A stretch of DNA of 64,000 nt from NCBI RefSeq assembly GCF_009914755.1, contig NC_060938.1; one strand, written 5' to 3'. Position 1 is the first letter of the stretch, and every line of letters begins with the position of its first letter. The notes below the pieces were generated by a model. The model was not told where the DNA came from. It saw only the letters and a program-made list of their open reading frames with translations, and ran no database searches. This DNA comes from the human T2T-CHM13v2.0 reference genome, Homo sapiens. Shown piece by piece: positions 28,601-41,400 of the stretch. The position numbers and the translations under genes are program-made.

Positions 28601-30770
28601 CTTGAATGCAGACATCACAGAGCAGTTTCTGAGAATGCTTCTGTCTAGATTTTATAGGAAGATATTCCCGTTTCCAACGAAATCTTCACAGCTATCCAAA
28701 TATCCACTTGCAGATTCTACAAAAAGAGTGTATCAAAACTGCTCTGTCAAAAGGAAGGTTCTTTTCTGTTAGGTGAGTGCATACGTCATAAAGGAGTTTC
28801 TGAGAATGTTTCTGTCTAGTGGTTATGGGAAGATATTTGCTTTTTCACCGTAGGCCTCAGAGCGCTCCAAATATCCACTTGCACATACTACAAAAAGAGT
28901 GCCTCAAAGCTGCTCTCTGAAACGGAATGTTCAACTCTATGAGTTGAATGCAAACATCGCAAAGACGTTTCTGAGAATGCTTCTGTCTAGATTTGATATG
29001 AAGATATTCCCGTTTCCAACGAAATCTTCAAATCTATCCAAATGTCCACTTGCAGATTCAACAAAAAGTGTTTTTCAGAACTGCTCTATCAAAAGAAAGA
29101 TCCACCTCTGTTAGCTGAGTTCACACATCACAAACAAGTTTATGAGAATGCTTCTGTCTAGTTTTTATTTGAAGATATTTCCTTTCTCACCATAGAGCTG
29201 AAAGCTGTCCTAATGTTCACTTCCAGATACTACAGAAAGAGTGTTTCAAAACTGCTGTACGAAAGGGAATGTTCAACTCTGTGACTTGAATGCACACATC
29301 ACAAAGAAGTTTCTGAGGATGCTGCTGTCTACTTTTTATACGTAATCCCGTTTCCAACGAAATCCTCCAAGCTATCGAAATATCCACTTGCAGATTCCAC
29401 AGAAAGACTGTTTCAAAACTGCTCTGTCAATAGAAAGGTTCAACTCTGTTAGCTGCGTGCATATATCCCAAAGAAGATTCTGAGATTGCTTCTGTCTAGT
29501 TTTTATGGGAAGTTATTTCCCTTTTCACCGTAGGCGTCAAGGCGCTCCAAATGTCCACTTCCAGATACTACAAAAAGAGTGTTTCAAACCTACTCTGTGA
29601 AAGGGAATATTCAACTCTGTGACTTGAATGCACATATCACAAAGAAGTTTCTGAGAATGCTTCTGTCGAGATTTTATATGAAGATATTCCCGTTTCCAAC
29701 GAAATGCTGAAATCTATCCAAATATCCCCTCGCAGATTCTACAAAAAGAGTGTTTCAAAACTGCTCTGTGAAAAGAAAGGTTCAACTCTGTTAGTTGAGT
29801 ACACACATCACAAACAAGTTTCACAGAATGCTTCTTTCTAGCTTGTAGGGGAAGATATTCCCTTTATCACCATGGGCCTCCAACCGTCCGAAACATCCAC
29901 TTCCATATACTACAAAAAGAGCGTTTCAAACCTGCTCTATGAAAGGCAATGTTCAACTCTGTGACTTGAATGCAGACATCACAGAGCAGTTTCTGAGAAT
30001 GCTTCTGTCTAGATTTTATAGGAAGATATTCCCGTTTCCAACGAAATCTTCACAGCTATCCAAATATCCACTTGCAGATTCTACAAAAAGAGTGTATCAA
30101 AACTGCTCTGTCAAAAGGAAGGTTCTTCTCTGTTAGGTGAGTGCATACGTCATAAAGGAGTTTCTGAGAATGTTTCTGTCTAGTGGTTATGGGAAGATAT
30201 TTGCTTTTTCACCGTAGGCCTCAGAGCGCTCCAAATATCCACTTGCACATACTACAAAAAGAGTGCTTCAAAGCTGCTCTCTGAAACGGAATGTTCAACT
30301 CTATGAGTTGAATGCAAACATCACAAAGACGTTTCTGAGAATGCTTCTGTCTAGATTTGATATGAAGATATTCCCGTTTCCAACGAAATCTTCAAATCTA
30401 TCCAAATGTCCACTTGCAGATTCAACAAAAAGTGTTTTTCAGAACTGCTCTATCAAAAGAAAGATCCACCTCTGTTAGCTGAGTTCACACATCACAAACA
30501 AGTTTATGAGAATGCTTCTGTCTAGTTTTTATTTGAAGATATTTCCTTTCTCACCATAGAGCTGAAAGCTGTCCTAATGTTCACTTCCAGATACTACAGA
30601 AAGAGTGTTTCAAAACTGCTGTACGAAAGGGAATGTTCAACTCTGTGACTTGAATGCACACATCACAAAGAAGTTTCTGAGGATGCTGCTGTCTACTTTT
30701 TATACGTAATCCCGTTTCCAACGAAATCCTCCAAGCTATCCAAATATCCACTTGCAGATTCCACAGAAAG
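7626..30770. repeat. Tandem duplication with period 10,912 bp (8 HORs; about units 7-14 and 15-22); ends approximate
   Basis: The haplotype order BABBABBA occurs twice. Rare variants pair at exactly +10,912: 11717/22629, 15324/26236, 15809/26721, 18465/29377, 18601/29513. Confidence 0.9.
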
Positions 30771-33700
30771 GCTGTTTCAAAACTGCTCTGTCAATAGAAA
30801 GGTTCAACTCTGTTAGCTGCATGCATATATCCCAAAGAAGATTCTGAGATTGCTTCTGTCTAGTTTTTATGGGAAGATATTTCCCTTTTCAGCGTAGGCG
30901 TCAAGGCGCTCCAAATGTCCACTTCCAGATACTACAAAAAGAGTGTTTCAAACCTACTCTGTGAAAGGGAATATTCAACTCTGTGACTTGAATGCACATA
31001 TCACAAGGAAGTTTCTGAGAATGCTTCTGTCGAGATTTTATATGAAGATATTCCCGTTTCCAACGAAATCCTGAAATGTATCCAAATATCCCCTTGCAGA
31101 TTCTACAAAAAGAGTGTTTCAAAACTGCTCTGTAAAAAGAAAGGTTCAACTCTGTTAGTTGAGTACACACATCACAAACAAGTTTCACACAATGCTTCTT
31201 TCTAGCTTGTAGGGGAAGATATTCCCTTCATCACCATGGGCCTCCAACCGTCCGAAACATCCACTTCCATATACTACAAAAAGAGCGTTTCAAACCTGCT
31301 CTATGAAAGGCAATGTTCAACTCTGTGACTTGAATGCAGACATCACAGAGCAGTTTCTGAGAATGCTTCTGTCTAGATTTTATAGGAAGATATTCCCGTT
31401 TCCAACGAAATCTTCACAGCTATCCAAATATCCACTTGCAGATTCTACAAAAAGAGTGTATCAAAACTGCTCTGTCAAAAGGAAGGTTCTTTTCTGTTAG
31501 GTGAGTGCATACGTCATAAAGGAGTTTCTGAGAATGTTTCTGTCTAGTGGTTATGGGAAGATATTTGCTTTTTCACCGTAGGCCTCAGAGCGCTCCAAAT
31601 ATCCACTTGCACATACTACAAAAAGAGTGCCTCAAAGCTGCTCTCTGAAACGGAATGTTCAACTCTATGAGTTGAATGCAAACATCGCAAAGACGTTTCT
31701 GAGAATGCTTCTGTCTAGATTTGATATGAAGATATTCCCGTTTCCAACGAAATCTTCAAATCTATCCAAATGTCCACTTGCAGATTCAACAAAAAGTGTT
31801 TTTCAGAACTGCTCTATCAAAAGAAAGATCCACCTCTGTTAGCTGAGTTCACACATCACAAACAAGTTTATGAGAATGCTTCTGTCTAGTTTTTATTTGA
31901 AGATATTTCCTTTCTCACCATAGAGCTGAAAGCTGTCCTAATGTTCACTTCCAGATACTACAGAAAGAGTGTTTCAAAACTGCTGTACGAAAGGGAATGT
32001 TCAACTATGTGACTTGAATGCACACATCACAAAGAAGTTTCTGAGGATGCTGCTGTCTACTTATTATACGTAATCCCGTTTCCAACGAAATCCTCCAAGC
32101 TATCCAAATATCCACTTGCAGATTCCACAGAAAGACTGTTTCAAAACTGCTCTGTCAATAGAAAGGTTCAACTCTGTTAGCTGCGTGCATATATCCCAAA
32201 GAAGATTCTGAGATTGCTTCTGTCTAGTTTTTATGGGAAGATATTTCCCTTTTCACCGTAGGCGTCAAGGCGCTCCAAATGTCCACTTCCAGATACTACA
32301 AAAAGAGTGTTTCAAACCTACTCTGTGAAAGGGAATATTCAACTCTGTGACTTGAATGCACATATCACAAAGAAGTTTCTGAGAATGCTTCTGTCGAGAT
32401 TTTATATGAAGATATTCCCGTTTCCAACGAAATGCTGAAATCTATCCAAATATCCCCTCGCAGATTTTACAAAAAGAGTGTTTCAAAACTGCTCTGTGAA
32501 AAGAAAGGATCAACTCTGTTAGTTGAGTACACACATCACAAACAAGTTTCACAGAATGCTTCTTTCTAGCTTGTAGGGGAAGATATTCCCTTTATCACCA
32601 TGGGCCTCCAACCGTCCGAAACATCCACTTCCATATACTACAAAAAGAGCGTTTCAAACCTGCTCTATGAAAGGCAACGTTCAACTCTGTGACTTGAATG
32701 CAGACATCACAGAGCAGTTTCTGAGAATGCTTCTGTCTAGATTTTATAGGAAGATATTCCCGTTTCCAACGAAATCTTCACAGCTATCCAAATATCCACT
32801 TGCAGATTCTACAAAAAGAGTGTATCAAAACTGCTCTGTCAAAAGGAAGGTTCTTCTCTGTTAGGTGAGTGCATACGTCATAAAGGAGTTTCTGAGAATG
32901 TTTCTGTCTAGTGGTTATGGGAAGATATTTGCTTTTTCACCGTAGGCCTCAGAGCGCTCCAAATATCCACTTGCACATACTACAAAAAGAGTGCTTCAAA
33001 GCTGCTCTCTGAAACGGAATGTTCAACTCTATGAGTTGAATGCAAACATCACAAAGACGTTTCTGAGAATGCTTCTGTCTAGATTTGATATGAAGATATT
33101 CCCGTTTCCAACGAAATCTTCAAATCTATCCAAATGTCCACTTGCAGATTCAACAAAAAGTGTTTTTCAGAACTGCTCTATCAAAAGAAAGATCCACCTC
33201 TGTTAGCTGAGTTCACACATCACAAACAAGTTTATGAGAATGCTTCTGTCTAGTTTTTATTTGAAGATATTTCCTTTCTCACCATAGAGCTGAAAGCTGT
33301 CCTAATGTTCACTTCCAGATACTACAGAAAGAGTGTTTCAAAACTGCTGTACGAAAGGGAATGTTCAACTCTGTGACTTGAATGCACACATCACAAAGAA
33401 GTTTCTGAGGATGCTGCTGTCTACTTTTTATACGTAATCCCGTTTCCAACGAAATCCTCCAAGCTATCCAAATATCCACTTGCAGATTCCACAGAAAGGC
33501 TGTTTCAAAACTGCTCTGTCAATAGAAAGGTTCAACTCTGTTAGCTGCATGCATATATCCCAAAGAAGATTCTGAGATTGCTTCTGTCTAGTTTTTATGG
33601 GAAGATATTTCCCTTTTCAGCGTAGGCATCAAGGCGCTCCAAATGTCCACTTCCAGATACTACAAAAAGAGTGTTTCAAACCTACTCTGTGAAAGGGAAT

Positions 33701-35406
33701 ATTCAACTCTGTGACTTGAATGCACATATCACAAGGAAGTTTCTGAGAATGCTTCTGTCGAGATTTTATATGAAGATATTCCCGTTTCCAACGAAATCCT
33801 GAAATGTATCCAAATATCCCCTTGCAGATTCTACAAAAAGAGTGTTTCAAAACTGCTCTGTAAAAAGAAAGGTTCAACTCTGTTAGTTGAGTACACACAT
33901 CACAAACAAGTTTCACACAATGCTTCTTTCTAGCTTGTAGGGGAAGATATTCCCTTCATCACCATGGGCCTCCAACCGTCCGAAACATCCACTTCCATAT
34001 ACTACAAAAAGAGCGTTTCAAACCTGCTCTATGAAAGGCAATGTTCAACTCTGTGACTTGAATGCAGACATCACAGAGCAGTTTCTGAGAATGCTTCTGT
34101 CTAGATTTTATAGGAAGATATTCCCGTTTCCAACGAAATCTTCACAGCTATCCAAATATCCACTTGCAGATTCTACAAAAAGAGTGTATCAAAACTGCTC
34201 TGTCAAAAGGAAGGTTCTTTTCTGTTAGGTGAGTGCATACGTCATAAAGGAGTTTCTGAGAATGTTTCTGTCTAGTGGTTATGGGAAGATATTTGCTTTT
34301 TCACCGTAGGCCTCAGAGCGCTCCAAATATCCACTTGCACATACTACAAAAAGAGTGCCTCAAAGCTGCTCTCTGAAACGGAATGTTCAACTCTATGAGT
34401 TGAATGCAAACATCGCAAAGACGTTTCTGAGAATGCTTCTGTCTAGATTTGATATGAAGATATTCCCGTTTCCAACGAAATCTTCAAATCTATCCAAATG
34501 TCCACTTGCAGATTCAACAAAAAGTGTTTTTCAGAACTGCTCTATCAAAAGAAAGATCCACCTCTGTTAGCTGAGTTCACACATCACAAACAAGTTTATG
34601 AGAATGCTTCTGTCTAGTTTTTATTTGAAGATATTTCCTTTCTCACCATAGAGCTGAAAGCTGTCCTAATGTTCACTTCCAGATACTACAGAAAGAGTGT
34701 TTCAAAACTGCTGTACGAAAGGGAATGTTCAACTATGTGACTTGAATGCACACATCACAAAGAAGATTCTGAGGATGCTGCTGTCTACTTTTTATACGTA
34801 ATCCCGTTTCCAACGAAATCCTCCAAGCTATCCAAATATCCACTTGCAGATTCCACAGAAAGACTGTTTCAAAACTGCTCTGTCAATAGAAAGGTTCAAC
34901 TCTGTTAGCTGCGTGCATATATCCCAAAGAAGATTCTGAGATTGCTTCTGTCTAGTTTTTATGGGAAGATATTTCCCTTTTCACCGTAGGCGTCAAGGCG
35001 CTCCAAATGTCCACTTCCAGATACTACAAAAAGAGTGTTTCAAACCTACTCTGTGAAAGGGAATATTCAACTCTGTGACTTGAATGCACATATCACAAAG
35101 AAGTTTCTGAGAATGCTTCTGTCGAGATTTTATATGAAGATATTCCCGTTTCCAACGAAATGCTGAAATCTATCCAAATATCCCCTCGCAGATTTTACAA
35201 AAAGAGTGTTTCAAAACTGCTCTGTGAAAAGAAAGGATCAACTCTGTTAGTTGAGTACACACATCACAAACAAGTTTCACAGAATGCTTCTTTCTAGCTT
35301 GTAGGGGAAGATATTCCCTTTATCACCATGGGCCTCCAACCGTCCGAAACATCCACTTCCATATACTACAAAAAGAGCGTTTCAAACCTGCTCTATGAAA
35401 GGCAAC
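30771..35406. repeat. Tandem duplication with period 2,728 bp (units 23-24 and 25-26); outermost markers given
   Basis: Rare variants pair at +2,728: 30771/33499, 30892/33620, 31229/33957, 32467/35195, 32509/35237, 32678/35406. Confidence 0.92.
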
Positions 35407-38400
35407 GTTCAACTCTGTGACTTGAATGCAGACATCACAGAGCAGTTTCTGAGAATGCTTCTGTCTAGATTTTATAGGAAGATATTCCCGTTTCCAACGA
35501 AATCTTCACAGCTATCCAAATATCCACTTGCAGATTCTACAAAAAGAGTGTATCAAAACTGCTCTGTCAAAAGGAAGGTTCTTCTCTGTTAGGTGAGTGC
35601 ATACGTCATAAAGGAGTTTCTGAGAATGTTTCTGTCTAGTGGTTATGGGAAGATATTTGCTTTTTCACCGTAGGCCTCAGAGCGCTCCAAATATCCACTT
35701 GCACATACTACAAAAAGAGTGCTTCAAAGCTGCTCTCTGAAACGGAATGTTCAACTCTATGAGTTGAATGCAAACATCACAAAGACGTTTCTGAGAATGC
35801 TTCTGTCTAGATTTGATATGAAGATATTCCCGTTTCCAACGAAATCTTCAAATCTATCCAAATGTCCACTTGCAGATTCAACAAAAAGTGTTTTTCAGAA
35901 CTGCTCTATCAAAAGAAAGATCCACCTCTGTTAGCTGAGTTCACACATCACAAACAAGTTTATGAGAATGCTTCTGTCTAGTTTTTATTTGAAGATATTT
36001 CCTTTCTCACCATAGAGCTGAAAGCTGTCCTAATGTTCACTTCCAGATACTACAGAAAGAGTGTTTCAAAACTGCTGTACGAAAGGGAATGTTCAACTCT
36101 GTGACTTGAATGCACACATCACAAAGAAGTTTCTGAGGATGCTGCTGTCTACTTTTTATACGTAATCCCGTTTCCAACGAAATCCTCCAAGCTATCCAAA
36201 TATCCACTTGCAGATTCCACAGAAAGACTGTTTCAAAACTGCTCTGTCAATAGAAAGGTTCAACTCTGTTAGCTGCATGCATATATCCCAAAGAAGATTC
36301 TGAGATTGCTTCTGTCTAGTTTTTATGGGAAGATATTTCCCTTTTCACCGTAGGCGTCAAGGCGCTCCAAATGTCCACTTCCAGATACTACAAAAAGAGT
36401 GTTTCAAACCTACTCTGTGAAAGGGAATATTCAACTCTGTGACTTGAATGCACATATCACAAGGAAGTTTCTGAGAATGCTTCTGTCGAGATTTTATATG
36501 AAGATATTCCCGTTTCCAACGAAATCCTGAAATGTATCCAAATATCCCCTTGCAGATTCTACAAAAAGAGTGTTTCAAAACTGCTCTGTAAAAAGAAAGG
36601 TTCAACTCTGTTAGTTGAGTACACACATCACAAACAAGTTTCACACAATGCTTCTTTCTAGCTTGTAGGGGAAGATATTCCCTTTATCACCATGGGCCTC
36701 AAACCGTCCGATAAGTCCACTTCCATATACTACAAAAAGAGCGTTTCAAACCTGCTCTATGAAAGGCAATGTTCAACTCTGTGACTTGAATGCAGACATC
36801 ACAGAGCAGTTTCTGAGAATGCTTCTGTCTAGATTTTATAGGAAGATATTCCCGTTTCCAACGAAATCTTCACAGCTATCCAAATATCCACTTGCAGATT
36901 CTACAAAAAGAGTGTATCAAAACTGCTCTGTCAAAAGGAAGGTTCTTTTCTGTTAGGTGAGTGCATACGTCATAAAGGAGTTTCTGAGAATGTTTCTGTC
37001 TAGTGGTTATGGGAAGATATTTGCTTTTTCACCGTAGGCCTCAGAGCGCTCCAAATATCCACTTGCACATACTACAAAAAGAGTGCCTCAAAGCTGCTCT
37101 CTGAAACGGAATGTTCAACTCTATGAGTTGAATGCAAACATCGCAAAGACGTTTCTGAGAATGCTTCTGTCTAGATTTGATATGAAGATATTCCCGTTTC
37201 CAACGAAATCTTCAAATCTATCCAAATGTCCACTTGCAGATTCAACAAAAAGTGTTTTTCAGAACTGCTCTATCAAAAGAAAGATCCACCTCTGTTAGCT
37301 GAGTTCACACATCACAAACAAGTTTATGAGAATGCTTCTGTCTAGTTTTTATTTGAAGATATTTCCTTTCTCACCATAGAGCTGAAAGCTGTCCTAATGT
37401 TCACTTCCAGATACTACAGAAAGAGTGTTTCAAAACTGCTGTACGAAAGGGAATGTTCAACTATGTGACTTGAATGCACACATCACAAAGAAGTTTCTGA
37501 GGATGCTGCTGTCTACTTTTTATACGTAATCCCGTTTCCAACGAAATCCTCCAAGCTATCGAAATATCCACTTGCAGATTCCACAGAAAGACTGTTTCAA
37601 AACTGCTCTGTCAATAGAAAGGTTCAACTCTGTTAGCTGCGTGCATATATCCCAAAGAAGATTCTGAGATTGCTTCTGTCTAGTTTTTATGGGAAGATAT
37701 TTCCCTTTTCACCGTAGGCGTCAAGGCGCTCCAAATGTCCACTTCCAGATACTACAAAAAGAGTGTTTCAAACCTACTCTGTGAAAGGGAATATTCAACT
37801 CTGTGACTTGAATGCACATATCACAAAGAAGTTTCTGAGAATGCTTCTGTCGAGATTTTATATGAAGATATTCCCGTTTCCAACGAAATGCTGAAATCTA
37901 TCCAAATATCCCCTCGCAGATTCTACAAAAAGAGTGTTTCAAAACTGCTCTGTGAAAAGAAAGGTTCAACTCTGTTAGTTGAGTACACACATCACAAACA
38001 AGTTTCACAGAATGCTTCTTTCTAGCTTGTAGGGGAAGATATTCCCTTTATCACCATGGGCCTCCAACCGTCCGAAACATCCACTTCCATATACTACAAA
38101 AAGAGCGTTTCAAACCTGCTCTATGAAAGGCAATGTTCAACTCTGTGACTTGAATGCAGACATCACAGAGCAGTTTCTGAGAATGCTTCTGTCTAGATTT
38201 TATAGGAAGATATTCCCGTTTCCAACGAAATCTTCACAGCTATCCAAATATCCACTTGCAGATTCTACAAAAAGAGTGTATCAAAACTGCTCTGTCAAAA
38301 GGAAGGTTCTTCTCTGTTAGGTGAGTGCATACGTCATAAAGGAGTTTCTGAGAATGTTTCTGTCTAGTGGTTATGGGAAGATATTTGCTTTTTCACCGTA

Positions 38401-41400
38401 GGCCTCAGAGCGCTCCAAATATCCACTTGCACATACTACAAAAAGAGTGCTTCAAAGCTGCTCTCTGAAACGGAATGTTCAACTCTATGAGTTGAATGCA
38501 AACATCACAAACACGTTTCTGAGAATGCTTCTGTCTAGATTTGATATGAAGATATTCCCGTTTCCAACGAAATCTTCAAATCTATCCAAATGTCCACTTG
38601 CAGATTCAACAAAAAGTGTTTTTCAGAACTGCTCTATCAAAAGAAAGATCCACCTCTGTTAGCTGAGTTCACACATCACAAACAAGTTTATGAGAATGCT
38701 TCTGTCTAGTTTTTATTTGAAGATATTTCCTTTCTCACCATAGAGCTGAAAGCTGTCCTAATGTTCACTTCCAGATACTACAGAAAGAGTGTTTCAAAAC
38801 TGCTGTACGAAAGGGAATGTTCAACTCTGTGACTTGAATGCACACATCACAAAGAAGTTTCTGAGGATGCTGCTGTCTACTTTTTATACGTAATCCCGTT
38901 TCCAACGAAATCCTCCAAGCTATCCAAATATCCACTTGCAGATTCCACAGAAAGACTGTTTCAAAACTGCTCTGTCAATAGAAAGGTTCAACTCTGTTAG
39001 CTGCATGCATATATCCCAAAGAAGATTCTGAGATTGCTTCTGTCTAGTTTTTATGGGAAGATATTTCCCTTTTCACCGTAGGCGTCAAGGCGCTCCAAAT
39101 GTCCACTTCCAGATACTACAAAAAGAGTGTTTCAAACCTACTCTGTGAAAGGGAATATTCAACTCTGTGACTTGAATGCACATATCACAAGGAAGTTTCT
39201 GAGAATGCTTCTGTCGAGATTTTATATGAAGATATTCCCGTTTCCAACGAAATCCTGAAATGTATCCAAATATCCCCTTGCAGATTCTACAAAAAGAGTG
39301 TTTCAAAACTGCTCTGTAAAAAGAAAGGTTCAACTCTGTTAGTTGAGTACACACATCACAAACAAGTTTCACACAATGCTTCTTTCTAGCTTGTAGGGGA
39401 AGATATTCCCTTTATCACCATGGGCCTCAAACCGTCCGAAACATCCACTTCCATATACTACAAAAAGAGCGTTTCAAACCTGCTCTATGAAAGGCAATGT
39501 TCAACTCTGTGACTTGAATGCAGACATCACAGAGCAGTTTCTGAGAATGCTTCTGTCTAGATTTTATAGGAAGATATTCCCGTTTCCAACGAAATCTTCA
39601 CAGCTATCCAAATATCCACTTGCAGATTCTACAAAAAGAGTGTATCAAAACTGCTCTGTCAAAAGGAAGGTTCTTTTCTGTTAGGTGAGTGCATACGTCA
39701 TAAAGGAGTTTCTGAGAATGTTTCTGTCTAGTGGTTATGGGAAGATATTTGCTTTTTCACCGTAGGCCTCAGAGCGCTCCAAATATCCACTTGCACATAC
39801 TACAAAAAGAGTGCCTCAAAGCTGCTCTCTGAAACGGAATGTTCAACTCTATGAGTTGAATGCAAACATCGCAAAGACGTTTCTGAGAATGCTTCTGTCT
39901 AGATTTGATATGAAGATATTCCCGTTTCCAACGAAATCTTCAAATCTATCCAAATGTCCACTTGCAGATTCAACAAAAAGTGTTTTTCAGAACTGCTCTA
40001 TCAAAAGAAAGATCCACCTCTGTTAGCTGAGTTCACACATCACAAACAAGTTTATGAGAATGCTTCTGTCTAGTTTTTATTTGAAGATATTTCCTTTCTC
40101 ACCATAGAGCTGAAAGCTGTCCTAATGTTCACTTCCAGATACTACAGAAAGAGTGTTTCAAAACTGCTGTACGAAAGGGAATGTTCAACTATGTGACTTG
40201 AATGCACACATCACAAAGAAGATTCTGAGGATGCTGCTGTCTACTTTTTATACGTAATCCCGTTTCCAACGAAATCCTCCAAGCTATCCAAATATCCACT
40301 TGCAGATTCCACAGAAAGACTGTTTCAAAACTGCTCTGTCAATAGAAAGGTTCAACTCTGTTAGCTGCATGCATATATCCCAAAGAAGATTCTGAGATTG
40401 CTTCTGTCTAGTTTTTATGGGAAGATATTTCCCTTTTCACCGTAGGCGTCAAGGCGCTCCAAATGTCCACTTCCAGATACTACAAAAAGAGTGTTTCAAA
40501 CCTACTCTGTGAAAGGGAATATTCAACTCTGTGACTTGAATGCACATATCACAAGGAAGTTTCTGAGAATGCTTCTGTCGAGATTTTATATGAAGATATT
40601 CCCGTTTCCAACGAAATCCTGAAATGTATCCAAATATCCCCTTGCAGATTCTACAAAAAGAGTGTTTCAAAACTGCTCTGTAAAAAGAAAGGTTCAACTC
40701 TGTTAGTTGAGTACACACATCACAAACAAGTTTCACACAATGCTTCTTTCTAGCTTGTAGGGGAAGATATTCCCTTTATCACCATGGGCCTCAAACAGTC
40801 CGATAAGTCCACTTCCATATACTACAAAAAGAGCGTTTCAAACCTGCTCTATGAAAGGCAATGTTCAACTCTGTGACTTGAATGCAGACATCACAGAGCA
40901 GTTTCTGAGAATGCTTCTGTCTAGATTTTATAGGAAGATATTCCCGTTTCCAACGAAATCTTCACAGCTATCCAAATATCCACTTGCAGATTCTACAAAA
41001 AGAGTGTATCAAAACTGCTCTGTCAAAAGGAAGGTTCTTCTCTGTTAGGTGAGTGCATACGTCATAAAGGAGTTTCTGAGAATGTTTCTGTCTAGTGGTT
41101 ATGGGAAGATATTTGCTTTTTCACCGTAGGCCTCAGAGCGCTCCAAATATCCACTTGCACATACTACAAAAAGAGTGCCTCAAAGCTGCTCTCTGAAACG
41201 GAATGTTCAACTCTATGAGTTGAATGCAAACATCGCAAAGACGTTTCTGAGAATGCTTCTGTCTAGATTTGATATGAAGATATTCCCGTTTCCAACGAAA
41301 TCTTCAAATCTATCCAAATGTCCACTTGCAGATTCAACAAAAAGTGTTTTTCAGAACTGCTCTATCAAAAGAAAGATCCACCTCTGTTAGCTGAGTTCAC

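Noticed and set aside
8185-30008. A/B order as a coded or Fibonacci-like quasi-periodic pattern (2,3,3,2,3,3)
   Set aside because: It is fully explained by nested tandem duplications and does not persist past 30 kb.
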